Source: Octopus vulgaris (Eukaryota). From it: a stretch of 64,000 bases of DNA. Made by a program: the position numbers and the translations under genes. Below, in pieces: positions 41,761 to 55,666 of this stretch. Position 1 is the stretch's first letter, and each line of letters opens with the position of its first letter. The notes beneath the pieces are model-generated. The model had not been told where the DNA came from and searched no databases. It saw only the letters and a program-made list of their open reading frames with translations. The stretch covers positions 82,894,001-82,958,000 of the forward strand of contig OX597814.1 of the NCBI GenBank assembly GCA_951406725.2, given 5' to 3'.

Positions 41761-43470
41761 TTAATTTTAACTCATTTAACGCTGGGAGCATTTAAATCGA
41801 ACTAGAAAGAAAAGCAACATAATGGATGGGACATGCATGGTTCTAAATACACCGAAGATGAAACAATGCCAACATAGAATTTATAATGTTGTTCTTGCTT
41901 GAGGTTGTGAAGACAAAAATACTTTTAAAGAAAGGTTATTAATTTTTCTCTTATGCACATTTAATTCTTATACTGATGCATCATATAATTATATATCTTA
42001 ACATATAAATTAAATGTATGTACATCAACTTTGCTTTTCGTAATAAGATATGTTTTAATCACTGTGGTATTTGAAAAACAACATACTAAATATTTCAACA
42101 TGTTATAATTCTTTTTCCTATTTTAAAATATCTTTTGAGTTATTATAATTTTCTTACATATCAATTCACTTTAGCTTGCTTAATTATGACATGTGTGTAA
42201 AATTCGTCAACATTTCACTTATGCCTTTTATTTTCAAGTGTTTTGATATCTTGGTTTCCACATTTATTGATTGAGTTGTGTCCTTTGCAATTTTTTGACC
42301 TGATCACTAAAAATGAAATTTTAATTAAAATTTCTTAGCTTATAGCATCGACTTCACTATTTAGCATGATAAGTTTGTTTCAATATAAGTGTCTGTATGT
42401 GTGCTGTGCATGTATGTGTGTTTAAATGCATGTATGTTAATTGTTAGTTTATGTGCTCATCCATTCAATATCTGTGTGCATGTGTGTAAGATAATAACCT
42501 GTCTATATGTTCATCCTATGTCTGAATTACCATGGTGATAAAAAGAAAGAATAAATGACAGAGAGAAAATGAAAGTAAGAAAAGCAAAAGGATCTGATAT
42601 AAAATGCCAAAACAAGCTGAAATGTGACATGAAAGAGAGAAAGTATTAAAAAGACAATGATGGGAGTTGTTTTCTTTTTATAAAAATAAGCAGAAACAAT
42701 TAAAATGATTATAGAAATGATTTAAATAAAAGAAAATTACTGAAAGTTGAAAGAAAAATTTTTGCAAATACTTCAAAATTGAGAATTGTGGTATTTTAAA
42801 CCAGAACAGACATGAGCACAAAACTTATTTTCCCTTACTTTTCTGGAATTGCTAGTCAAATTATTATTGGAAAAGGAAGCAGAAACTTATAATATAACTT
42901 GCAAAATGAGATTTTTATAAATGAGAACTAACAATGATTTTTCTATACAAATGTATGCAACAAAATGTACAGAACATGAGACAGGAATTAATAAGAAAAG
43001 TGATACAAACATCAAAGTAAGTAGAAACAAAATTAGAAGGTAACAAAATGCAAAAAATGTTTCTTTAACGTCAATAGAATTGGAATAAAAGAGTTACTGC
43101 AGTCTAAAGCCCCTAATGTAGACTGTGTATAAGAATGAGTTAAATTCAGTCTTTTAAGAATAGTTAAAAAAAAATGTCAGTTTAATTATGGAATTGTAAT
43201 TTCATTTTTAGTCTTAGGGAAAGGTTGCAATCAATAAAAACTATGACAATATCAAAATTTTAGATTTTTACTTGATATCATTTTTTTTTCTTTTTGATAT
43301 AATGCAAATGACGATATACAGACACGCGAAATAAATAAACATAATTATTTAAATGAAACTAAAATAATCCTAATTACATATCAAAATTTGATAGGTAAGG
43401 TTTTTAAATTTTAGAAATTTGTCAATTATTTATAGATTCAATGATCCTAGAAATATTGCATAGGTACAGC

Positions 43471-43518
<48 letters not shown>

Positions 43519-44031
43519 TGAAGTATATTTGCCACCTAAATGTGGCTAACCCTTAAGGGTCAATTCTACTGTAGCTTGTAACCCCAGGAAGATATCTCCT
43601 CCAGCTGGCTATTGACACACTATCTGTGCCCTATCAGTATTTGCAAAGGGAAGTCATCATTCCCATCTCCAGCCTGATGTGATACACACGGACCTAAGTT
43701 TCTGGGTATTGACCCATCATCAGCGTGTGACAGCCACCAGTTGGCAATGGGAAATGGTTCTCAATGCAAATATATATACTTTTTCCAGTGACGAAAAGTC
43801 ACTGATCTCAAAAAAATGGAAACAAGCAATAACAAATCTCGGAGTGAGTAAAAAACAGTAGCTGCACGACATTGTGAAGTGTATTTGCCACCTAAATGTT
43901 ACTAACCCTTAAGGGTCAATGCTACTTTAGCTTGTAGCCCCAGGAAAACATCTTCTCCAGGCTGATTATTGACACACTATCTGTGCCCTATCAGTATTTG
44001 TAAAGGGAAGTCATCGTTCCCATCTCCAGCC

Positions 44032-44036
<5 letters not shown>
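43519..44036 (-). mobile_element. Hammerhead-containing ~356-bp unit in 1.45 tandem copies (retrozyme-like or tandem Penelope pLTR)
   Basis: Direct repeats 43519-43679 and 43875-44036 with a hammerhead in the intervening part. (TA)n on the left, (GA)n on the right. Confidence 0.8.
43685..43729 (-). ncRNA. Minimal type I hammerhead ribozyme
   Basis: CACACG CUGAUGA UGGGU(CAAU)ACCCA GAAA C(UUAG)G UC^ CGUGUG. Perfect 6-bp stem I, 5-bp stem II and a GUC site; cleavage predicted between 43691 and 43690. Confidence 0.9.
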
Positions 44037-44075
<39 letters not shown>

Positions 44076-44291
44076 AGAGTACTGACCCCAGTACATGACT
44101 TGTACTTTATTTATCAACCCTTGAAGGATAAAAAGTAAAGTTGACATTGGTGGTATTTGACCTCAGAACAGAGAGAGCTAGGACAAATATGGCAAAGCAT
44201 TCTATTTAATGTTCTAACTACTTGGCCAATTCACCAGCATATATGTGTGTTTGTATATGTGTATCTATGTCTCTCTCTCTCCTGATACATA

Positions 44292-44685
44292 CAGGGTGTG
44301 GTGAATAAATTGGCGTCTAAATTATTCAAAAATGAAAATAACACTGACATCTCATTTTAACATATATTTACCAAAATTACATAAAAATACCTTGAAATAA
44401 TAAAGAGTAAATTTTTTCACTAAAATCGCCATTGGCTTCAACCATGGCCTCCGAACAACTTCAAAATCTCATGCAAGTCTTCTAGACAGTTTTCTTGTTT
44501 AAGCTGGTGAATGTTGCCATAATCCTTGCCTTCAGTTCATCTTTGGTGTTTCAAGGAGTTTTTTTGGTCTCTCACCTAACTGTGCCCCACACGTAATAAT
44601 CAAGGGGGTTGCAGTGTGGAGAGTTAGGTGGCCAGATGTTAGGGGTGTTATGGTCATAGAAATTGTCTGACACCCATACTTGTTT
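44292..44685 (-). mobile_element. Tc1/mariner (maT/DD37D-like) 3' fragment
   Basis: TA|CAGGGTG terminus. The minus strand encodes IWPPNSPHCNPLDYYVWGTV. Confidence 0.85.
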
Positions 44686-45030
44686 TTGTTCCTGGAGTCT
44701 TTTATTGAGAGTTTCAGGGTTTGAGACAATTGTGCAGATTCTTCTTGCTAGATTAAAGGGAATATTCTTCATGTGTTTGGGATCTGTTTGTAGTGAATAT
44801 CTGTTTCAATGTTTTTATCTCTTTTGATGATTAGTGTATCCAGGAATGGTAGTTGAGTTTTACTGTATTCCATGGCAAAGTTAATATTATTATTTATGCA
44901 TCTGAATAGATTTTTGGAATCTATAAGTTGTTCAAATGTGTGCATTCATAGGATTAGGCAATTATCTAAGTAATATTTCTAGTTTTCTAGTAGATTTTCA
45001 TGGAAGTTCAAACCATATATTAATTTGACA
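44686..45030 (-). pseudogene. Penelope-like reverse transcriptase C-terminal fragment
   Basis: KYYLDNCLI (YxDD remnant), QLPFLDT, IETDIHYK and KNIPFNLARRICTIVSNPETLNKRLQE occur in order. Confidence 0.8.
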
Positions 45031-45454
45031 GAAACACTTGACAGAAAACATTCAGAGCATTGATTATTTGGACATGTTCAGTCAACCGCATCAGCCTTAA
45101 CATATGATGCCAAACATTGTCACTTGATACTAACACATGGACGTAGCAGGGAACTTACAAAATTTCTAAGATCAGTCATGTGACTATCTTCGACCAATCA
45201 AGTCCTATTCAAAACATACTAATTTGAGCCATGAACTCCCTATAAAAATAGGGCAAGCTTCAAGCACTAGTTAGAAGCAAGACAGCTGCAATATAAACCA
45301 TGTCTTTCTATTTGAACTTTTTGAAAATCAGTGTAAACTATGAAACCGGTTACAGCTTTAAATATATCAATAAAAAATATTTAAACTATTCTCAGTGCAT
45401 TTTCAACTTCTATTTTTCCTATATTTCTACCCATGTGCAATAAAATAACTTTGT

Positions 45455-45527
<73 letters not shown>

Positions 45528-45544
45528 CTTTTCTTTTTTTCTTT

Positions 45545-45945
45545 TTTTTTTCTTTTTCCTTGTTTCAGTCATTTTGACTGCGGCCATGCTGGAGCACCAC
45601 CTTTAATTGAGCAACTCGACCCCGGGACTTATTCTTTTGTAAGCCCAGTACTTATTCTATCGGTCTCTTTTGCCGAACCGCTAAGTAACGGGGACATAAA
45701 CACACCAGCATCAGTTGTCAAACAATGCTAGGGGGACAAACACAGACACACAAACATACACACACGCATATATATATACATATATACGACGGGCTTCTTT
45801 CAGTTTCCGTCTACCAAATCTACTCACAAGGCTTTGGTCGGCCCGAGGCTATAGTAGAAGACACTTGCCCAAGGTGCCACGCAGTGGGACTGAACCCGGA
45901 ACCATGTGGTTGGTAAGCAAGCTACTTACAACACAGCCACTCCTG
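45545..45945 (-). mobile_element. SINE family B, full length, young
   Basis: Complete from head to tail, CpG-rich. Confidence 0.9.
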
Positions 45946-45954
45946 CGATATATC

Positions 45955-46340
45955 TCTTTCTCTTTTCTCTTTTATTTGTTTCAGTCATTTGACTGCGGCC
46001 ATGCTGGAGCACTGCCTTTAGTCGAGCAAATCGACCCTGGGACTTATTCGTTGTAAGCCCAGTACTTATTCTATCGGTCTCTTTTGCCGAACCGCTAAGT
46101 GACGGGGACATAAACACACCAGCATCGGTTGTCAAGCAGTGCTAGGGGAACAAACACAGACACACAAACACACAAACATATATATATATATATACATATA
46201 TACGACAGGCTTCTTTCAGTTTCCGTCTACCAAATCCACTCACAAGGCATTGATCGGCCCAGGGCTATAGCAGAAGACACTTGCCCAAGGTGCCACGCAG
46301 TGGGACTGAACCCGGAACCATGTGGTTGGTTAGCAAGCTA
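45955..46340 (-). mobile_element. SINE family B, full length, young (tandem neighbour)
   Basis: Head-to-tail with the preceding copy. Confidence 0.9.
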
Positions 46341-46650
46341 CTTACCACACAGCCACTCCTATATACTAGCAGTAAAACCTGTCATTGATCGAGTAATTAC
46401 TTTTACTGTTCCTTGGGAGCCACATTCAAAATATTTATAGTATATATAATTTACTCCTCCTGTATGTGTGTATTTTTATAAGAGAAAAATATGTAATAAT
46501 TGGAGTTGAAAAAGATCAATTTCATATATGAACTTCTTTTTGTTTATTATATGACAATAATAAATTAGTTAAATGTGTTATTTTATTTATTAATACAGTA
46601 ATGGAATAATTTTTGTTGAGACAAATTAGGCAATAGCATAATAGGACATA

Positions 46651-47010
<360 letters not shown>

Positions 47011-47123
47011 TACACACATATGTTGATTCAAACAGGAAATATAGAACTAGTTTGATGAGTGCCAATGCACGACACTCTTGGACCTTGAGTTACTCTGTTA
47101 CTTCTGCTAAATATTATATCAAA

Positions 47124-47194
<71 letters not shown>

Positions 47195-48988
47195 CACATG
47201 TTCATACATAAAAGTATACCCAGTACACTCCGTAAAGTGGTTGGCCTTAGGAAGGGTGTCCAGCTGCAGAAATCATGCCAAAACAGACAATTGGTGCCTA
47301 GGCAGCTCCTGGTTGGCCAGTTCCCGTCATATCATTCAGACTACACCAGCATGGAAAACAGACATTAAATGATATGGATGATGATATATATATATGTATG
47401 TGCATATGTATATAAATATGACTGCACATAATTCACTGAAATGTTTATATCGAGTGCTTCAGTGTTTATGCACATAATCTATTATACACATACCCTATAT
47501 GTGTTTTTGTATCTGTGCATGTGTGTGTATGCATATATTTTGTCCAATCTATGACATCGTGAAAATGCAGGCATGGTGGTGATGATGATGATAATTATGA
47601 TTTGTATTCACATATGTATACATAAACAACCAGACATATGTACACATTCTGCTCGAATTTCCAATTCCTGACAAACAAATAACATAGAGTGTTCTATATG
47701 AATGATATTATTATTCAAATTTTTCCCCTTCTAATCACAGAAATATTTCCATGAAGCAAATGAAAGCTGTTTGTGGCAAGTCAGGCTATTATTAATCTAC
47801 TACAGTGAGACAATAACAAAGAAATTAGGATGGAGTCATCGAAATAAGTTTGTAGTAAAATTTTCCAATATTAATACTTTACTTGCTGGTCTTACGAAGT
47901 AAAGCAACATTTGAATATTATTAAAATGTTAAATTCGGCCTTACTTGTCAGCCATCTGGTGTTTTGATTTATTTTATGCAGGAGTTTACAAATTTATAAG
48001 AAAGGAAATGAAAGTGAATGATATTCATATGCATTCCCCACCCCACCCCACTACTGAGAATCACTGGCATATGGTAAAGTGAATTGGATCTAACTGGGAA
48101 TCAAAACTGCATCAATATTTTGGTTTGCCAATTTTGTATATGTTTGGCTAATTTTGGTGCAAGAGATAAAGAAATTGACCGAAGTGATTCAAGTAATATT
48201 ACTGTCTTTGTCGGTGGCAGTGGTGGCAGCATTGTCAGTGGGATTGGCATTTGTGTTGGCATTGGCAATAGCAGTGGTAGCAGTGACGGTGGTGACAGTG
48301 GTGGCAGCAAGAGCAGTGGCAGTGGTGACATCATCATCACCACTATCACCATTATCATTTTAACATCTACATTTCCCTGCTAGCACAGGTTGAACAGAAT
48401 TTATAGAAGTGGATTTCCTATGACTAGATGACCTTCCTGTTGCAAACCCTCACCTGTTTCCAAGTAAGATAATATTTCCCCAATACCAGACATGTTTGCA
48501 TGGAAAATAGGAAATCAAAGTTGCTAGCATGACAGTGGCAACTATCACATAATGTGAAGGCAAAGAGACAGTAACATACACACATACACATATCTATATA
48601 TGACAGGCTCCTTTATTCTAAGTTCAAATCTTCCTTAAAATCCACTTTTAGTCTTATTTGTTAATATTATGATAGCTTCAATTATTTATTCATCTTAACT
48701 CATTGCTTTACATGCTAGATCTTTGGTGAGAAATCTATCAAGGACATTGCCTTCAAGATATATTCAACTTAATTTCATTACTTTCACCTTCAATATAATT
48801 CTATATAAACTTCTGTTTAAACTTGTGATTGAGAAGCTCACTTTGTAACTACATGGTTCCAGGTTCAGTTCCACTGCGTGGCATGTTGGACTGTCTGCTA
48901 TTACATCCCTGGCTGACCAATGTCTTGTGAGTGCATTTGGTTGATGGAAACCATCCAGAAGCCTGTCACATATATGTATACACATATA

Positions 48989-49359
48989 TCTCTCTATATA
49001 TAAACGGCAGTTTGTCTGTGCGTGTTTCTGTGTGTCTGTTTGCTTGTACCCTCACCCTGACCACGGCTTTCAACCGATTCTGATGAAACTTGACACACAC
49101 ATAGCCCAATGTCATAATTCAAAACTAACGCAGTGAAAATTTTGAAAAGTTCCCCCAGTTCTGAAAAAAATCGATAAAATCGACATGGGGTCGAGAATCA
49201 GAAACAAACCACAGACTGTCTAGGGGACGCAACTCAACCTTTTTTAACTCAAAAAAAAATTTACCATCATTTTTTTGCTATTTTTTGGCTATAACTCTCT
49301 AAAAATGCTTTATAGTTATTTCCCTTACAAACCTGAGCAACGCCAGGCGATACTGCTAG
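48989..49359 (+). mobile_element. Non-autonomous Helitron
   Basis: Inserted between A and T. 5' TCTCTCTATATATAAA; 3' hairpin CCTG(A)GC-AAC-GCCAGG (49332-49347), then CTAG (49356-49359). Confidence 0.85.
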
Positions 49360-49517
49360 TACATTATATATAAATGTAAGGACAAGCAAGTTGATATACA
49401 AAAAATATTAAATACATTTAATACAAAAAATGTACATATATATACATATAAAAAGTCTGACTTACATGGAATAGAAATTTATATGTATACATATGTACAT
49501 TTTTGTATTAAATGTAC

Positions 49518-49736
49518 TCTTTTACTTGTTTCAGTCATTTGAATGTGGCCATGCTGGAGCACTGCCTTTAGTCAAGCAAATCAACTCCAGGACTTATTCT
49601 TTGTAAGCCCAGTACTTATTCTATCGGTCACTTTTGCTGAACTGCTAAGTTACGGGGATGTAAACACACCAGCATCAGTTGTCAAGCGAAGTTGAGGGGA
49701 CAAACACAGACACACAGACATATACACACACATACT

Positions 49737-49792
<56 letters not shown>

Positions 49793-49946
49793 TATGACAG
49801 GCTTCTTTCAGTTTCTGTCTGCCAAATCTACTCACAAGGCTTTGGTCAGCCTGAGGCTATAGTAGATACTTGCCCAAGGTGCCACGCAGTGGGACTGAAC
49901 CTGGAACCATGTAGTTGTTAAGCAAGCTACTTACCACACAGCCACT
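49518..49946 (-). mobile_element. SINE family B
   Basis: Family similarity; splits one arm of an inverted repeat. Confidence 0.85.
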
Positions 49947-50239
49947 ATTTTTTTTGTGTATTGACTTGCCTAACTTGCTTGGCCTTACATTTGCTCCTCT
50001 ACCCACTCAAGTTCATTCTCTTGAGCACTACAAAGTATATTCTATAAAGAGAACACCTGTCTCTAATCGATAAACTACATACATTACACACACACACACA
50101 TACATATATCATCAACACTTAATGTGCTTTCTATGCTGGCATGGGGTGGATTCATATATATATATATATATATATTAAATTTCCTCTATTTACATAATAT
50201 TGAAGTCTCTTTCTTTCTTTTGTTATCTTACCGTTTTTA

Positions 50240-50302
<63 letters not shown>

Positions 50303-51494
50303 TATATGGATGTATACACGCACACTCACACACACATACATACACCACACACACACACACATGAGTGATTGTGCATGTATCTTTGTATTTGTCTTCCATC
50401 ACTGCTTGATAGACAGTTTTCTTTTTTACATCCCCATAATCTCATGATTCAGCAAAAGACATCAACAGAGTAAGTACCAGACTTAAAAAAAAAAGAAAAT
50501 ACTGGATTAAGTTTGTTGGATTACATCCTTAAAAGTGGTGCCCCAGCATGGCTACAGTCCTATGACTAAAACTAGTAAAACATAGAAGATAGCACTGCAG
50601 TTCAAAACTGCAGGCCGATGGTGGTGTAGGCAGTAGTAGTAGCAGTGATGCTGATGATGGCAGCAGCACTGGTTGTTTCTACTAGTCACCTTCTCTGCTT
50701 TTATTTACAGCGTAAGAATAATTTGAAGGTCAAATCTTTATGAACATTGTCCCAGTGATAACAGTACCTAAAGGTAAACACAACCACATCAGCAACTCTA
50801 AATCTAATAATATTGTTGTTTGTGGCAAGAGAAAAGGAAGGCTTCAATAGCATTGCCTGCAACAATAAATTAGACAACATTTTTATAATTCTGGTCATGT
50901 CCCATAGAAGATGTAGAGTGAAGAGTCAATTATTCTTTGGGTGAGTAAAAAAAAGAGAGTAAGGTCGGGAGAGAAAGAAAGAAGGAATAATGTTTTTTCT
51001 TTCCCTGAGACGCTTTAATTTGTATAAGGTTAATCAACCATTTTGTATAAGGTTAATCAACAAGAGACTACCACACAATTAGTAGCTCAAATTTACCAAC
51101 CTGAAATAACAAAGGCACAAAAAAGAAAGAGAAAAAAAAGGCAAAACCAAAATATATCTTAAACTATTCACCAGATCACACAGATGACAGTAAACACAAT
51201 AGTGATGGTTGTATTTTCAAATTCTGACATTTGCAGGTATTATAGTCAATACTGTTCTACTGCTAGTTTACCTCTACAATGTTTGATGTTCTTATTTGAA
51301 AATTGAGACTAATACTTAGATTTTATATATAAACAAAATATCGCATTGAGAAAGACATGGTACCAAATCTATAGTGTCAGCATAAGTAGCTCAGTATATT
51401 TACAAAAGTTTTATGCTATTAACTTCATCATTCATGTGTCTATGTTCGTAAATTTTAATTAGTTTTCCTCTGATTAGCTCCCAGAATCATGTAC

Positions 51495-51545
<51 letters not shown>

Positions 51546-52216
51546 TATATTTCAGCATTATCAGTGACAAGCAGTGTTTAGGCATAAGCAAACTTTAGGT
51601 GAGTTAAAATATGTTTGTGACATATTACATCTAGAGGCAAATTCACTGCAGTTACCATGGGAAAAATTCTCTCTTATGCTAAAAGATATAAAAACACCAC
51701 ATGTATATATATATAACACATATATACACACATGCACGCACACATACATATATACCTACATACACACACACACATATATAATACACTCACAGATATATGT
51801 GTGTGTGTGTGTGTGTGTGTATACATAGTTCTGTGGCATAGTGAAATAACTGTCTCCTATCCAAGGGTAATATTTATATGAGAAAATACGGCACCTAAAG
51901 TTAACAAAGACAAGAAAAATATCTTGAAAGATGTTAATGGACTGGAAATTTTAAACATTTTAGCAAAATTCATTTCAGAAATTCTGATGTATAAGAACTA
52001 TTTTATTTTACAACAGAGATTCACAGTCTGGGAAATAATGCCCTTTGGAAGCATTGTGTGATTAAAAAAAAGGGTGAGAATACTTGGTGATTAGAGGAGT
52101 TGTGATATTTTTTTAGAAAATACTTGTTTTAAGTGCTTTTTCAATTCTGTTATTTTAAGTACATTTTCAAACAAGTTTTTGCTAGGATTAAAAAATGAGC
52201 AAGATATTCTGTTATT

Positions 52217-52427
52217 GGTTTCAAATTTTGGCACAAGGCCAGCAGGTTTGGGAAAAGAGCTAAGTCAATTAAATTAACTCCAGTTTCCAACTGGTACTTA
52301 TTGATCCCAAAAGGATGAAAGGCAAAACTGATCTTGGCAGAATTTGAACTCAGAATGTAAAGATGGATGAAATGCTGCTAAGCATTTCACTCAGCATGCT
52401 AATGATTCTGCTAGCACATCACCTTAA
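52217..52427 (-). mobile_element. SINE family A with 16-bp TSD
   Basis: AAGATATTCTGTTATT at 52201-52216 and 52428-52443. Confidence 0.9.
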
Positions 52428-53024
52428 AAGATATTCTGTTATTAACAAGCATAAAATATGACTGATGATGTGCTAGGGTCCAACATAATATCTCAACAAA
52501 AGTACACGCCTTCTTTAGTAATTTCCATTAAAATTTAACATAGAGGTTACAAGTTTATGTAAACATCAAAAAAGAGACACATACTGGTTGGGATATGGAT
52601 AATAGACTACTGTATAAAATTAGCTTCTGTTTGATGAAAATATTCTGGTGTTCTGTTGATATTTGTTTGCAAAACAGATGAAGGGGCACTTGTAAGATGC
52701 TGTTAGTGAAAAGAAGCATTGGACTACAAAAGATTAAGAAGTACTGTTTTACACATGACAGGCTTATAATATGATAGGATTTTACACCACAGCAATCTTA
52801 CCATATATTTAAATATTTTCTTTTTCTGATGCTCTTAGATATCTATGATTTTATGAGTGGGCTTCTCATTTCTTTTGCATTGGAGCAATTGTTTTTACAG
52901 TTGGATACCTTTCTAAACATTAACCACTGAACTCTAAAGTTGGAAAATGCAATAACTGTAATATTACTGGAATTTTTAACTTCATGCTCAATACTCCAGC
53001 ATCTTAACTTCAAAGACCTTATTC

Positions 53025-53107
<83 letters not shown>

Positions 53108-53601
53108 GACTGTCCCAATCGATATAAACGTATCTGTCAAGACCTACCAAAAACTGAGCAAATATAAAGATCTTGAAATAGAAATCAGCAAAATGTGGAA
53201 GCTGAAGACTAAAACAATACCTGTTGTCATAGGTGCCCTGGGAATGATAGCGAAAGGGACTAATTGCTACCTAACTCAGATACCAGGAAACCCCAAAATG
53301 GCAGAAATTCAAAAGATAGTGCTCATGGGAACTGCTCATATCCTACGCAAAATACTGTCTGTGTAATCCCAAGGTTTAAAACAAACATTTATTTATTTAT
53401 TTATTTATTTATTTATTTTATTTTATTTTATTTTACTTTTTTATTTTTTATTTTATTTTTATGTATTAGACATTCACTAGTACAACACCAAAAAAAAAAC
53501 CCCAAATATATGGCACAGAACTTCCAACCTGTTGTCTCTTGAGGTCTCTGGGTGAGACTTGGAGCCAACTTGTACAGAGATAAAGCAAAAGTCAAACATA
53601 G
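53108..53601 (+). mobile_element. R4/Dong-like 5'-truncated copy, young
   Basis: Open frame TVPIDINVSVKTYQKLSKYKDLEIEISKMWKLKTKTIPVVIGALG..EIQKIVLMGTAHILRKILSV* plus 3' UTR, with (TAA)n on both sides. Confidence 0.9.
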
Positions 53602-53629
53602 AATGATAATAATAATAATAATAATAATA

Positions 53630-53664
<35 letters not shown>

Positions 53665-53893
53665 GTGGCAAACTGGCAGAATTGTTAGCATGCTGGATGA
53701 AATGTTTAGCAGTATTTTGTCTGTCTTCATTTTCTGAGTTCAAATTCTGCAGAAGTCCACTTTGTCTTTCATCCTTTTGGGGGTCAATAAAATAAATACC
53801 AGTTGTATACTGGGGTTGATGTAATCGACTGTGCCCCTCCTCCAAATTTCAGGCCATGTGCTTATTGTAGAAAGGATTACTGTTACTATTATT

Positions 53894-54009
53894 TCAGTTT
53901 TACTCAGATTTAGTCTTATTCCTGTTAGGATTTGTGTGTAGCAGGTTACTACCAGTAATCCTATGTATCCACAAGTTTTCCGTAGCCTTTCAGATGCTTA
54001 GAACCCACC

Positions 54010-54010
<1 letters not shown>
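53894..54010 (-). mobile_element. Probable R4/Dong-like extreme 3' end
   Basis: Reads RWVLSI* followed by a short UTR, between (TTA)n-like tracts. Confidence 0.45.
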
Positions 54011-54058
<48 letters not shown>

Positions 54059-55054
54059 CATTATTATCATCATCATCATCAACACCATCATTATTATTAT
54101 TACTGTAAGGCAATGAGCTGACAGAATTGTTAACACGCTGGACAAAATGCTTAGAGGCATTTCATTTATCTTTACATTCTGAGTTTAAATTCTGCTGAGG
54201 TCATCTTTGCCTTTTATCTTTTCAGGGTTGATTAAATGAGTAACTGTTGTGCACTGTAGTCAATGTAATCAGCTTACCCCAAATTGACTTCTCCCAAATT
54301 TCAGGCCTCGTACCGATAATAGAAAAGATTATGATTTTTACAGTAAATAACTAATCTTTGTGTTTATCTGTGCCACATTCTCTACAATTATGTTTGTTAA
54401 TTTCCTTCCAAGCTATTCTGAGCTTTTGTCTTTTATCCTTCCCTTGTTTCAGTCATTGGACTGTGGCCATGCTGGGGTGCCACCTTGAAGGGTTTAGTCA
54501 AATTTGCCTCAGTATTTGTGTTTTCTTTTTATCTGGTACTTTTAGTGAACTGCTAAGTTATAGGAGCATAGCACAAACATTCACCCCACATCCACCCCTA
54601 TATACATACATATATTTATAATATGTATACACATACATGCACATGCACATACACACACACAAACACACACACACACACATACACACACATTGGGCTTCCA
54701 CATGGTTTCTGTTTATCTATTTACTCACGAGGTAGTTGTTGATCCTGGACTATTGTAGAAGACACTGGCCCAAGGTACTGCACTGACATTATTAGTAAGA
54801 CATACCAACTGTTTCAACTTTGTTCTTAATTCAGTAAGTGAAATAAACATCCACCTCAGCCCTTCGCCTTTGCTAACCATTTCTATTACCGCCAGCCCCA
54901 CATCAGCTAAAATATCTGTAAATGAGCAAATGAGGAAATCTCTACACCATTGGTTCTCATCCAATTTTTACTTGTGGATCCTTTTGATCCCTTTTTTTTC
55001 ACTTGGGTGGGCCCTCATAACCATTTGATGTTTGAAAACATCCTTTTCGTTTAT

Positions 55055-55223
55055 TCTTTTATATGCTTCAGTTGTTTGACTGTAGCCATGCTGGAGCACT
55101 GCCTTGAAGGGATTTAGTCAAATAAATCAACTCCAAGACTTATTTTTCATAGCCTAGTACTTATTCTGTCAGTCTCTTTTACCAAACTGTTAAGTTACAG
55201 GGACATAAGCACACCAACACCAT

Positions 55224-55304
<81 letters not shown>

Positions 55305-55625
55305 CATGTGTGTGTGTGTGTATGTGGAGGTGCAATGGCCCAGTGGTTAGGGCAGCGGGCTCGTGGTCGGAGGATCGTGGTTTCGATTCCCAGACTGGGC
55401 GTTGTGTGTGTTTATTGAGTGAAAACACCTAAAAAAAGCCCCACGAGGCTCCGGCAGGGGGTGGTGGCGACCTCTGTTGTACTCTTTTGCCATAACTCTC
55501 TCTCACTCTCTCTTCCTGTTTCTTGCGTAATGCTGCAATGGCCTGGCATCCCATCCAGCTGCCATAGAAACTGGGAAACTGGGCCTATGAGCCTGGCTAT
55601 GCTTCAAAAGGGCGAAAAGAGAAAG

Positions 55626-55666
<41 letters not shown>

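Noticed and set aside
48084-48383. Gly/Ser-rich or Pro/Leu-rich ORFs
   Set aside because: Degenerate GGT/GCA trinucleotide low-complexity sequence.
50711-50773. Plus-strand 63-nt exon candidate (AG..GT)
   Set aside because: Stop codons in all three frames.
55326-55400. tRNA gene
   Set aside because: No proper acceptor stem, and it continues into a SINE body.
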